From: Giardia intestinalis
Taxonomy: Eukaryota
Reading direction: 5' to 3' (one strand)
Assembly (NCBI GenBank): GCA_000002435.2
Contig: CM018793.1
DNA: 64,000 bases
The notes below the pieces were generated by a model. The model saw nothing but the letters and a program-made list of their open reading frames with translations. It searched no databases and had not been told where the DNA came from. Made by a program: the position numbers and the translations under genes. Positions 18,801-28,035 of the stretch are shown one piece after another (position 1 is the stretch's first letter; every line of letters starts with the position of its first letter).

Positions 18801-21800
18801 GTCAACGGCATTGTCCACCTTATTAGCAGATGTAAGCTGGTTGTTCATGTACAGAAAATCTTCCACAACACTTGTCCTAGGATACTTCGACGGATTGAGT
18901 CCACCAGCAGCCAAAAGACCGGATGTGCCTGGATGTGGTTGGCTCTCTTCAGAGTCGGGCAGGGTGCTCTGCTGTGTGGCTAGAAGAGGGTTGTCAGCAA
19001 AGTCCGCTAAAACGGATCTTCTTGTTTTCTTTCCTTGTGCCTCTTGTAGCAACCTTGCACTAGGCAGCAGGGGCAGGTTTTTCGGTCCAATTATTCCTGG
19101 CAAGATATTATTTCCAGTAATCTGTGTTGCTTCTGTGTGCGGGGCCGATGGCTGGTGCCTATTCTGAGGCCCTTCTGGTTGGGCTGTGGCATAATGTGAC
19201 GTGTCCATGGTAGGAAGGTTGCTCTTTGTGTTCATATTAATACATGAGACATCCACGCCCCGTAAGTGCCTCGGGTTGTCATAGCGGAGGTACTCTCGCG
19301 GGTTTGTTACCTCACGCGCTAGACGGACGGCAGACACAAGCTTGTCAATGTGGTAAGAGTAGACATCTGTTTGAACAGATACTATCTTGGGGGCTTTCAG
19401 GGGCGTAAACAGAGGCTTGTAAATAGAGACATCTTTGTCGGAAGAGCAGATAGAAATAACATCGGTCTGGATTAACTGAGAAAACGACTGGATGAACAGC
19501 TGGATCTCTTCCTGCTTTGCAAAATTATAACGCATAGCAGGGTCGTCACGGGGATAGTGTCCAAATGCATAGCCGCTTATGAAGGACGAGTGGTAGAGCA
19601 CGGGATTGCGCTCCAGAACATCGTTCCATTGCAAGAGTGGTTTGTCTGGTATTGTGTCTGGGACCTTCTCATGCTGATCAGACTGACTACTTACGACAAT
19701 GTGCAGGTCGACCATTGTCTCTGGTTTAATAGTTAGTAGCGACTCGGACTTATCGATAGTCACGTCCTCGTACAACAATTCTCTACAAACACACGTGACA
19801 TTTGTCTGCACTGCACATTCTTCTAGACTCAGTGCACGAAGCTTCGATTGGGAGCGCAGCTTGACAGAGCGGCTATTAGGAGATGTGGAGCCAGTTGACT
19901 TGCGGTCTATAAGCTCCTGAAGTTCAACGGTGAGAGTGTTTAACTCTTCATCTAGATTAGTCAGTTCATTAAGTTGCTCTTTCCACGAAGAGGATTCTGA
20001 CGGCTGTTGAGCGGGCTCCTCTGTCTTTGGCTTGCCGTTAGTGGAGGTATACGCAGAGAAGATAAGATCTGATGTTGCAGAAGCCATTTGCCCAGGTACT
20101 TTTCCGGTGGATAGGATCTCCCGATTAGCAGATAACAGATGCGTAGCTTTGGGTTTAAATTTGGTGCAAGGTTTTGTAGCAGTACCATTGAGATCGGAAA
20201 AGATTACTTCTACATCGGAATTTTGTAGGTCTCCATAGAATTTGGTACCTTGGACTAAGATAGGAACAGGGGCTCCTTTGGCATCTTGTAGGTAAGCCAG
20301 GAAGTGTTTGCTTGTAGAACTGGGGACAGAAAGTTGCTCATCTATTGACTGACGCCCAGTTCCAAGACGAGAAATAGATTGCTCAGAAAGCTGCTTCAAA
20401 GAGGAAGACTCTCTAACATTGACAGGGACAGCGCTCGAAGCTCCACGATGGACTGGATCCTTTTCTATCGGGTTGTCGAGGTCTTTAGGCGTGAGATTAG
20501 TATCATGACCAGGAGGTTTGGAGCAAGAAATCTGAGAAGGCTTTGCTTCATGTGCTGATGAATTGCGAGTACACACAAGAAAGTCAGTAGTAGAGCTCGG
20601 CTTGAGAGATTGTTGCAGCCCCTGGGTAGCGCTGAAAAGATCTACAACGGAGTCGGACACATGCTTAGATACGCTTTTCTCCACGTCTAGCAAGTTATGG
20701 CTAGAGGCAAGGGCATTCTCAGGGTTTCTCTCTAAAGCATCCTTAGTGCTGTGGAAGGCCAGAGTGAATCCGCTTGGAAAGTCTTTGAGCTCTGCATGCT
20801 TCATAGCGTTGTCAAAGCTGTCCATCGCTTCCTGCGAAAAGTATGCAGACGACTGTGCAGCATCCGAGTGAACGGTGATGATGGCGCTTGTCGCACGAGA
20901 TACATAACGAGGATGCTCATCAGAGAAGACAATTGCAGACAAGCCTTCGTCAACAGTCGTTGGCGGAACCGTTTCGAGACCAAGGTGTCTGAGAGTCGGT
21001 CGATCTGAACGGTCTGGTGAAGAGCAGAAACGTTGTTGTTGTGCAGACACAGGTGGAGGCTCTCGAGCTGCTCCTGTAGCATCTTTCTCCTTTTGCACAA
21101 GCGCCTCCGAGCTGCGCTTCTTAAAGCCTTTGTAAAGGAGCTTTTTGTCTTCCTTCCTGAGGACCGGGCCTACTCTATTCATGATCGATTTCACTTGCTC
21201 GGGTATCGGCACAGAGGGGCCAGGGCTATCGACATTCTCTGCTGAAGCTTTTCTATCCTTAAGAGCCCCAGCTCTTCGACGAACTGTCTCAGCAAAGCCC
21301 TTCTTGATGTTCCTTAGTCTAATGGCCTTTGCATTTGTGGTATCGTTGAGGCGCGTCTTTCCAGCTGCATCTATGTATGCATACTTGGTAATGTGCTGCT
21401 GGGTGGCAACGGTCTGTTGCACTGCTTGGTCGCTCACCTCAGTCACAGGTGGCTGCGAACAGCTTTGGTCCGCAATAAAGCTCTGCTTGTCACTTGTTAT
21501 CTCCTCTGCTGCCACGCATTCGTCTGCATAGCAATTGTCCAGTTGTAGTTCTGGCTCGCAATCCAAATCATCCGCCATCAAAATATCTGCGTACATGTGT
21601 TCTGTGGCACGGCTCACCATGGGCACGACAAAGGTGAGCTTCCGCCGTGGCTTGGATGTAGTGACCTTGGCTTCGACGCCGACAGTGTTCACTTGAGGGA
21701 CACCCTGCAGACGCTCTTGTGCGCGGACTGTATGATCTAGAGTGACAGCTTCGCTGTTATCCTTCTCTTCTATAGTGGACGGTGGATCGTTCAGGTGGTT

Positions 21801-24800
21801 GTCCCCCTGCGCATGATCGCTGTCAAGTAAATTGTACGGGATGCTGGATAAGTGTGAGATCTCTGTTCGTTCGTCATCAAGAATGCGCATACGCAACTTA
21901 AAGTCATCAACGAATGAAAACACTATGTCTTGCTTCTCCTCGTCGGTCATGCTAGGTTTGGCGAAATCACTGCCATAAGAATTGTAGAAATCTAGGAACA
22001 GATACTTGAATTCGTCACAAAAGGCACTCTTAAAGAGCATGTAGCTAAGGACCATCTTGATTTGGGCCGCTATCCGTGCGCTCTCCATATTATCGGTCAA
22101 GATAGCCATCATTCTTTCGAAGTCTTCGGCAGAGAGTGTTTCCAGCTCTAAGCTGGTCTCTCGCACATAGGAGGTAGCGAGATGTTGCTTGGTATCTGCG
22201 TCAGGGACGTCTATAACAAGGCCCAACTCATCGGAAGCAGAGTATGCTAGGTCAGATGCAGTATTGCTTTCCACACACGAGTCCCTGGAATCAGCAAGAT
22301 CTTGGGTACGTTGCTGTGCCTGCGCTATGATAGTATTCTTTACGGTATCTTTGCCCTTCTGTGTGCCAGAAGATCTGGCTTTATCAATTGAAGGCTTGGA
22401 GCTACGCTTCTTTGAAATCTTCTTTGGTTTGTTATCCTCTTCGGTCAGATCTTTGTTGGTACCAAGCGTTCGCGTTCTCTCTTTCTCGCCACTCGGCATG
22501 GTGTTGGATGCGGTCGACGCAAGCTGCTTGCCTGACTTGTTGGCTCTAAACGCGCTATTGTGGGCGGAAACTGTTTGACTAACCAAGTCAGCTATGTTCA
22601 GAGGGGTTTCTGCTCCGTGACTACCCAGGACAAGTCCTGCATCTATGACGTGCTCATCACCCAGTACGTCTATCCCTGCATCTCCCGCTGCGGTCTTCAA
22701 AACGTTTTTAATAGCTGTACGCTCTTCCTTGACCAGATCTTGCTTGGTCTTTCCATCCTTTTCAACAATACTATCTGGGCGATTGTAGTCTAAAGCGTAC
22801 GCCGGAATTGCCTGGCCCAGCTGCTTGGAGTATAGATTCTTCAAGGACACGTTCTTCGGTGCAAAAGCAGCAGGATAGCCTTCATAGCTTGCTTTAGATT
22901 GAGCCACGGTCTGCACACCCACAGCTTTTCTAACAACTGTTATCAGCGGTTCCTTATTGATGATGGTGAAAAAGTGGTGGATAGTTGGCGGATCGCGGAG
23001 AGTTCTGAGAAGGTGGACAAGACACGCCAGTCCCAGCTGGTCTATCTCTGGACAAGAGGAGCATATATGTATCACCGTTTCTGGCAGGCTGAGCGTTTCC
23101 ACAGTCTCTGCTGCCATCTGCATTATCTTAGAGGCATTGCCAGATTCCATGATGGAGCGTATGACCGTACGGGTGTCAATTGCCTGAAAATCCTCCGCAG
23201 CATTCAAATCCTCGATTACAGCCCTTAGCTTAGTGATCTCGTGCTCCAACTCCTGTAGTTCTCCTTTGTACTGGATATCTTGCCGTTTCAACTTCTGCAT
23301 CAGAAAGCTAGTCTCTTCAGAAGCCTTTTTGTAGGCCTTTTCCAGTTCCTGCTTGGCCTTGATCTCTAGAATGACCCGCTTCTCTGCATTCTGCGCCCGC
23401 GTGACTGCGCTGTCCGCTATTGTGCGAAGCCGACCTGCTGCAACTGTAAGTCGTTTAGATCGAGCAAAGGCCTCGTCCTTTTCGAGGGCCAGCTCTCCCA
23501 TTTCCACCTCCATGGCGATTCTGGTTTTCTTCATGGCTTCATAGTTATCCTGGAGAGAGTTCAGTTCCCGTTCCACTTTAGCCTTAGCATACTGCAGTGA
23601 GTCCAGTGAGCCGATGGTATTGGCGAGGCTCTCTTTGACCTTATCATATGAAGCCCGCAAGTCACCAAGCTCTTTATACAAGTTCTTGTTTTCTTCCAAC
23701 GTGATCTTAAGGCGCTTTTCCATATCTCGCGCTTGAGTCTTCAGGAGGTCAACTTTACCCGTGCGACGCACAGAGCGTGCAACGAGGTAATCCTTGGACC
23801 TCTCAAGAGTATTAAGCAGGCTGGGAAGTTGCTTATAAAGGCTCGAGATGCTTTCCAAGCGCTGGTCACCCTGGAGGCCGTCGTACTCGTCATACTTCTG
23901 CTGCAACAGCTCCAGCGCAGAGTCAAATGCCATGACAAATGCCTCCAATTCGCTGATTGCTTGACCGCTCTTGAGAGACGGTTCATTGCTTATTAAGCCG
24001 AGTGGGTCCTGTTCATCAGCATTTATATCAGCGATGAGCTCGGCAACTGTGGTGTACTCCTCCGGACTGACAACTCTGCCGGGGACCGCTTTATTGGAGC
24101 GAATCACAGACGTTCTTTGTGTCTCGTGGTCCCTAACTATGATGGCCGACTTTTCTCGCATGTTTCTTATTTTATCCAATTGCTCAACAATCTTCATGTC
24201 TGTACGGTAGTGAAGAACATGGTTTGAAATCTTGACTGGTGCCTGCCCGACGTCAGAGATGCCCTTTTTCTCACGCTGTAAAATAGGGTTTAGCTGCTTG
24301 AACTTATGCTCAGCAGGCGACAAGTCACCAGATCCCTTTGATGTGAAAACGCCCTTGTCTTCATCTTGTTCGCTGTCCGTTAGGACATCTGCGGGAAAAC
24401 AGTCCAGTTTGGTATGGCTGCACGCCTCCTGCTCCAAGCAGTCGAACGTCTGGATGGGTACGCCTGCCTCTTCGTCCGGCGCTCCGGGGTCGTTCGAGAA
24501 AAGCGGGTCAAACCCGTCCAGCGAAATAAGCCGCTCAATACTCAGCTTAAGATTCATTAGCCTCGAGGCGGGTGTCTTGGCCACCTTGATTGTGCCCACC
24601 TTGTCCCCGTCACTTCCAACGATGTGCATGCGTATTCGATCTACATCGTCCTTTACGGTTGCTATTTGCCAATTTCCCATGCTTGCACGCTCTGTGAAGG
24701 TCTTTTCGCGTGCCAGTGTGGTTGAGCGGGACATATCTTTATCAATTGGGTTGATAGCCTCATGTGCGAAAGCGCTGTTCGGTATAAGATCGCCAGGGAT

Positions 24801-25118
24801 GAGAGGGGTGAAAGCATTTGCCTCGGCCTGCGCATCTTCACTGACGCGGGCCTTCGGAAGTCCACTGTCAAGGATGGGGGGCAACTTGTACCTCGCGTTG
24901 GTTAACTTAGGTATCACATATGGATGCTTGCTGTACTCAATGATATCTCCCACGCTGGAAAGGGTTATCGCCCCATCCAGCTCCTCTCGCAGGTTGACCA
25001 TATGAGATGGGGAGTAGGTGGCGGTGGAGCTGGATCGTCTATCTGAGAGCCCCTTTAACTGATACGTACTAGAAGAGGCGTCACTATCCTGCTCCCGTAG
25101 CCTGCCGATAAACTGCAT
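15852..25118 (-). CDS. giant hypothetical protein, 3088 aa, with long central coiled-coil segment
   Basis: The start is ATG at 25118, and the single-exon ORF spans 9.27 kb. The segment LKTQARDMEKRLKITLEENKNLYKELGDLRASYDKVKESLANTIGSLDSLQYAKAKVERELNSLQDNYEAMKK... and the following roughly 200 aa have heptad-like periodicity. The remainder is Ser/Thr-rich low-complexity sequence plus a hydrophobic, helical C-terminal region. Confidence 0.75.
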   Translation of the reverse strand: MQFIGRLREQDSDASSSTYQLKGLSDRRSSSTATYSPSHMVNLREELDGAITLSSVGDIIEYSKHPYVIPKLTNARYKLPPILDSGLPKARVSEDAQAEANAFTPLIPGDLIPNSAFAHEAINPIDKDMSRSTTLAREKTFTERASMGNWQIATVKDDVDRIRMHIVGSDGDKVGTIKVAKTPASRLMNLKLSIERLISLDGFDPLFSNDPGAPDEEAGVPIQTFDCLEQEACSHTKLDCFPADVLTDSEQDEDKGVFTSKGSGDLSPAEHKFKQLNPILQREKKGISDVGQAPVKISNHVLHYRTDMKIVEQLDKIRNMREKSAIIVRDHETQRTSVIRSNKAVPGRVVSPEEYTTVAELIADINADEQDPLGLISNEPSLKSGQAISELEAFVMAFDSALELLQQKYDEYDGLQGDQRLESISSLYKQLPSLLNTLERSKDYLVARSVRRTGKVDLLKTQARDMEKRLKITLEENKNLYKELGDLRASYDKVKESLANTIGSLDSLQYAKAKVERELNSLQDNYEAMKKTRIAMEVEMGELALEKDEAFARSKRLTVAAGRLRTIADSAVTRAQNAEKRVILEIKAKQELEKAYKKASEETSFLMQKLKRQDIQYKGELQELEHEITKLRAVIEDLNAAEDFQAIDTRTVIRSIMESGNASKIMQMAAETVETLSLPETVIHICSSCPEIDQLGLACLVHLLRTLRDPPTIHHFFTIINKEPLITVVRKAVGVQTVAQSKASYEGYPAAFAPKNVSLKNLYSKQLGQAIPAYALDYNRPDSIVEKDGKTKQDLVKEERTAIKNVLKTAAGDAGIDVLGDEHVIDAGLVLGSHGAETPLNIADLVSQTVSAHNSAFRANKSGKQLASTASNTMPSGEKERTRTLGTNKDLTEEDNKPKKISKKRSSKPSIDKARSSGTQKGKDTVKNTIIAQAQQRTQDLADSRDSCVESNTASDLAYSASDELGLVIDVPDADTKQHLATSYVRETSLELETLSAEDFERMMAILTDNMESARIAAQIKMVLSYMLFKSAFCDEFKYLFLDFYNSYGSDFAKPSMTDEEKQDIVFSFVDDFKLRMRILDDERTEISHLSSIPYNLLDSDHAQGDNHLNDPPSTIEEKDNSEAVTLDHTVRAQERLQGVPQVNTVGVEAKVTTSKPRRKLTFVVPMVSRATEHMYADILMADDLDCEPELQLDNCYADECVAAEEITSDKQSFIADQSCSQPPVTEVSDQAVQQTVATQQHITKYAYIDAAGKTRLNDTTNAKAIRLRNIKKGFAETVRRRAGALKDRKASAENVDSPGPSVPIPEQVKSIMNRVGPVLRKEDKKLLYKGFKKRSSEALVQKEKDATGAAREPPPVSAQQQRFCSSPDRSDRPTLRHLGLETVPPTTVDEGLSAIVFSDEHPRYVSRATSAIITVHSDAAQSSAYFSQEAMDSFDNAMKHAELKDFPSGFTLAFHSTKDALERNPENALASSHNLLDVEKSVSKHVSDSVVDLFSATQGLQQSLKPSSTTDFLVCTRNSSAHEAKPSQISCSKPPGHDTNLTPKDLDNPIEKDPVHRGASSAVPVNVRESSSLKQLSEQSISRLGTGRQSIDEQLSVPSSTSKHFLAYLQDAKGAPVPILVQGTKFYGDLQNSDVEVIFSDLNGTATKPCTKFKPKATHLLSANREILSTGKVPGQMASATSDLIFSAYTSTNGKPKTEEPAQQPSESSSWKEQLNELTNLDEELNTLTVELQELIDRKSTGSTSPNSRSVKLRSQSKLRALSLEECAVQTNVTCVCRELLYEDVTIDKSESLLTIKPETMVDLHIVVSSQSDQHEKVPDTIPDKPLLQWNDVLERNPVLYHSSFISGYAFGHYPRDDPAMRYNFAKQEEIQLFIQSFSQLIQTDVISICSSDKDVSIYKPLFTPLKAPKIVSVQTDVYSYHIDKLVSAVRLAREVTNPREYLRYDNPRHLRGVDVSCINMNTKSNLPTMDTSHYATAQPEGPQNRHQPSAPHTEATQITGNNILPGIIGPKNLPLLPSARLLQEAQGKKTRRSVLADFADNPLLATQQSTLPDSEESQPHPGTSGLLAAGGLNPSKYPRTSVVEDFLYMNNQLTSANKVDNAVDGASGGKRNLLQVTPLFPFQSAINLVEHPDKYLNSSLNTSLDDQDDELDPTLDGQGQELNTLLRQTSSNKFARIVNKLRRGSSGEFLLHTDLPAVPEAEAEGDNKKYIQIAQPGMLPSNSEHAKLLSAAYLNVLAQPESRFISNFGVSPIRPFIIKNKASTRKFFGSDPYMANHTAISMGISPSEIKHIIQNSNVLFAKQRRPVSRAINSVIGVADNTDPSSHYKALSTGTKALTNVFVTAPESPAPSPTAKLMHQDRKQPATNDLLIVTSLNNVSPTDSKLVQFTGPIPVGSVPHPRYGSLTYMQANPLNITPYCYFLMQTTLDKIFAKYTLSTSSNQTSLLQMQESSDDKVLKPANTATRQIMCSPCLLSSRVKFHKDLAATSALQKATINQIDTELKRTQDASMGSPIVKPLAKQPATLLPTVGDQVSFVRLSSASLHYASDRGMLDVDKGAGSSHDLMAPIDSLPIIFKLLEQVTLTPTQIVTSLVSKQAYIRIPITACYLKSLIWTLKIIRMVLYKRQIATETIIIARHDEHKAEHLVEKNLLTTSVGAAPMADEHITTAYEFMLVPGELCREDAESLPHFLVYWCKSRYGLRSLVSSLLYCIIANVIFYQYENDEVYLFARMLFSDLDNDYFLAYLDLRRSLQLNTYIADSAKELRDATINILEPIPITSIEPLLSIMFTNWERARREDLAASIIGSVYDRRTRSAEQYRELTIPFSRVVAIIFYAYSSFRKTLYQALQTILLHFGREHGCVNRINEAAFRELCSHTIKQWNSEVIAEQFYSFSQIEEIPPSAALIRPAPSASSVTQLADKPTALIPQDNDAELVRKQTAQRLMDTDNFIDMFVSNQLGRFLTLSTDILETSVDSEVKRSIYITMRLFDRLKSLSEEASKQLMCEDILNGTARRVGVIRKMKDNLAVVASDITCYDHHHALLSIKHAIDTILVGLLEVDADSVSAALGGAITSLEEYFANQIVDDII

Positions 25119-25307
25119 CGTTACTGTCTCAAAGTCTGTGCAAGCTTTTAAAGATTTCAGATTAAAGTTTGGCCAGACCTAACCAGAGAAGCCTGCCTTA
25201 GCCATTTCAGCGGATCAGTGGTTCGGATTACTAAGTGACTGCACTGTTTTATAAGTGCCACTGAGCAGGGCGATGACAGAGGGGTGCTTCAAGGTAAATA
25301 TTATAAA

Positions 25308-26132
25308 ATGGCGACACCCTTAGACAGGCCATTAACTAGAGGTGGTGCCTTCGGAGGCTGCTGCGGTAGTAGCGGGGACGCTCAAGGAGACGACGCAGAA
25401 ATTTCTTTGGCAAAGACCTACAACACCTCCCAGGGAGGGGGCTGGAGGCCTCCCGAGGACAAAAAGCCCAGGAAACAGAAGTCTGTCGTGGATTTACTAG
25501 AGGCGGTCACGGTCAAATACAAAACGGCACAGGACGCACCAATTCTTCCTCCGCGGGCCGGCAATGACAACAAGCCCACCCTGGTATTGGATATGGACGA
25601 GACCCTGATTGCAGTGAAGTTTGATCTCTATTTGCCTGGCTCCGATTACATAGTTCCACTGAGGCTTTGCCATCTGACCGAAACGGGGACGGGAATGACA
25701 GAATTATACACTATAGCATGGGTTAGAAAGCGGCCCTATCTGGAAGACTTCTTGGCATCCGTAGCCAAGGACTGGGAGGTAATAATAATGACCGCAGGGA
25801 TTGAAGATTATGCAAAGCCGATCATTGCAGAGTTCGATCGCAACAAGATCGTGTCTTACTCTCTCTACAGGGACTCTTGCTCATGTGATAAGTCCGACGG
25901 AATCATATACAAGGACCTCAGCATCCTCGGCAGGGACGTAAACCGTACAGTAATAGTGGACAATACCCCGACATGCTATAAGAAGCACCCTGAGAACGCT
26001 ATTCCAATAAGCACGTGGGAGAGCTCCAGCAAGGACCGAGCTCTCAGGTCCCTCATCCCGATCCTTCAGGAGCTGTCGAGAGCCCCAAATATAGTTAAAG
26101 CTCTAAAGCGGATGCGGCTAAATGAGTTCTAG
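25308..26132 (+). CDS. NIF/FCP1-homology small CTD-like phosphatase (HAD superfamily)
   Basis: The ORF-track start at 25284 is GTG, so I moved it to ATG at 25308 in the context tattataaaATG. TLVLDMDETLI carries the DxDxT catalytic motif. Collinear blocks KRPYLEDFL, YKDLSILGRDVNRTVIVDNTP and ENAIPISTWE match the human SCP1/CTDSP1 core. Confidence 0.85.
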   Translation: MATPLDRPLTRGGAFGGCCGSSGDAQGDDAEISLAKTYNTSQGGGWRPPEDKKPRKQKSVVDLLEAVTVKYKTAQDAPILPPRAGNDNKPTLVLDMDETLIAVKFDLYLPGSDYIVPLRLCHLTETGTGMTELYTIAWVRKRPYLEDFLASVAKDWEVIIMTAGIEDYAKPIIAEFDRNKIVSYSLYRDSCSCDKSDGIIYKDLSILGRDVNRTVIVDNTPTCYKKHPENAIPISTWESSSKDRALRSLIPILQELSRAPNIVKALKRMRLNEF

Positions 26133-26179
26133 GGCTCGCTTCCCCCAGCAATCCCAGCGACTTGGCTTCGGGAGGGCTT

Positions 26180-26446
26180 CTAAACATATTCATACACGGG
26201 CTGCATTTCTGCATCGTGGCCGACAACGGTTCTCAGTTTATATGTGACGGACGAACGCTCGTCCATGGCAAGGTCAAATATTCCGTAATCTGCGTCTAAT
26301 GGCTGATTGTTCAGGAATAGTTGGATATCTTGGGGGTCGTTTCCAATTAGACGTCCTAGTATTCTGCAAATGTCCCCCACCTTCCCAGAAGGATCTACGA
26401 GGATATAGTATGCGTCCTTACCACGTTTAACAAGAATGTACAGCAT
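26180..26446 (-). CDS. small ubiquitin-like-fold protein, Elongin-B-like
   Basis: It is 88 aa with an ATG start. MLYILVKRGKDAYYILVDPSGKVGDICRILGRLIGNDPQDIQLFLNNQPLDADYGIFDL aligns position by position with the Elongin B UBL [62 protein letters not shown]. There is no C-terminal GG. Confidence 0.4.
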   Translation of the reverse strand: MLYILVKRGKDAYYILVDPSGKVGDICRILGRLIGNDPQDIQLFLNNQPLDADYGIFDLAMDERSSVTYKLRTVVGHDAEMQPVYEYV

Positions 26447-26543
26447 CTAGATGGACGGTAGTAACAGTATCTGTAAGCGTTTGAGTCGGTCGTTTTTAAA
26501 AGTTTAATGCAAAATTTAATATGCAAATTCTGGTGCGGATCTC

Positions 26544-27980
26544 ATGATGCTAGAGGACAGATACTATCACTCTCCACGCACACAGCTGACGCCTCTAGTA
26601 AGGAGTGTGCAGAATAGTCTAGATGTAAGGGATAAATCAGTCTCGGGCACGGACGATGATATGGAGCCCACAGCCATAGCCCCGACGCTGGGGGCACCTG
26701 GCTCGTCCCGGGTGGTTTCAAAAACGCCACCCATATCAGCCGCATGCTACGTCCCCCGGATACCCCGGACAGACCATCGCGGACATTTTTTGCGGGGAGC
26801 TACTCTCCAAAAGCTCGAGATACGCGATCCACCGAGGAAGCAATACCGGTCTGTAGCACGGCCGGCCACTACCGCCTTTGATCCGCCATGCTTTCCCGGC
26901 GCCAAGGCAGTGCATCAGATATACCTTGCCAATCAGGCGCATCCAGCCTTTTACCCGCCCCCCTTTCGCCGAAGGAAAAACAAGCTTCTCAGCCAGATTG
27001 CGCTGCCCTTTTCTGTTCCCGACATCGTCACGACTAGTGCTGTTCTGGGCAGAGGGCTGCTTGATGGTATGGATTCCGATCGAGATGGCTTTTCTGCTCC
27101 ACTGTCAGACGGCACCGACGGTACTGACGCCGCAGACATGGTCAGTGCGCCTTATCCTCAGCGGATGCTGTCCCTGATGCTTGCACAGCCTGCCTGCGCT
27201 CGCCTCCTCCACTTCAACGTGTGCATCTCAAACGAACTCTCATCTTCGTCATTTGCCAGTATAAACACAGAGAACTTGGAGCCCACAACGCCTGGTGCTG
27301 AATCGTATCTTGGTAAATCCCCTATCGCAACAATTCTCTCCACACCGTTACCCCAGCCACCCAAGCAATTTCCAATGGCACCCTCTCTTTGTTTAAACGA
27401 GGAGTCTGTTGATCACCAGGGCTCAACCAGAAGCGTATGCTCGGGTCGGAGTCTAGAACCAAATCTCTTTCGCTCCGCCTCTGTCGTGTCCGATTCTGAT
27501 GCACCTACCCCGTTGTCTGGGGAAATCTCTCAGCTCTTCCGTCCGCTCCCAGCCCCAAATGTCCTCCCCTTGCGCTTGGGAGGAGTCCTTTTGCCGGGAG
27601 ACGCTGTCTTGGCTGTACACCCTAAGACGCGTAGGGTTAGCTCCTGCGTTTGGTATAGCAACAGGTGCGTTTTATTCCCTGACGGCACACAATCACATTC
27701 CCATCCCCTGTATCGGGATGCCACACAGCGCGAAGCAGCATACTCTGCAGCGCGCTCCGTTCGGCATGAAGAAATCACTGATCCCTTTGTGTTGGCCGGC
27801 CTTATATTCAGCGCGTTGGGTAATGAGATATCGTGCTCTCCTCGCACCCGGGATTACGACATCATCTCCCTCAGTGAGCTCGTGCTCTCCCCCGTAAAGC
27901 ATCTGCTGAGTGCTGACGAAATAAAGAGAATGGGGGAGAGCCTGGTCCTGGCGCTCTCAGCCGTCAAAGTGAGTATGTAG
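26544..27980 (+). CDS. hypothetical Pro/Ser-rich protein (478 aa). Its C-terminal part may be the degenerate N-lobe of the USP-like gene downstream
   Basis: The start is ATG ATG. Most of the protein is low complexity. The last roughly 120 aa contain RRVSSCVWYSNRCVLF and YRDATQREAAY, which are positioned like very degenerate USP Cys-box and QQD-box remnants. Confidence 0.5.
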   Translation: MMLEDRYYHSPRTQLTPLVRSVQNSLDVRDKSVSGTDDDMEPTAIAPTLGAPGSSRVVSKTPPISAACYVPRIPRTDHRGHFLRGATLQKLEIRDPPRKQYRSVARPATTAFDPPCFPGAKAVHQIYLANQAHPAFYPPPFRRRKNKLLSQIALPFSVPDIVTTSAVLGRGLLDGMDSDRDGFSAPLSDGTDGTDAADMVSAPYPQRMLSLMLAQPACARLLHFNVCISNELSSSSFASINTENLEPTTPGAESYLGKSPIATILSTPLPQPPKQFPMAPSLCLNEESVDHQGSTRSVCSGRSLEPNLFRSASVVSDSDAPTPLSGEISQLFRPLPAPNVLPLRLGGVLLPGDAVLAVHPKTRRVSSCVWYSNRCVLFPDGTQSHSHPLYRDATQREAAYSAARSVRHEEITDPFVLAGLIFSALGNEISCSPRTRDYDIISLSELVLSPVKHLLSADEIKRMGESLVLALSAVKVSM

Positions 27981-28035
27981 CTTTTAGTACGCGCTGCAAG
28001 TCTTTCATGTAAATTCTATGGTGCAATAAAAGCGC

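Noticed and set aside
27969-28032. Candidate 64-nt intron joining the two USP-like ORFs
   Set aside because: I do not call it as a feature. The donor GTGAGTATGT is good and the frame arithmetic works. It lacks the extended branch and acceptor motif typical of the few known Giardia introns, and I cannot verify splicing without RNA data. I retained it only as a hypothesis in the findings.
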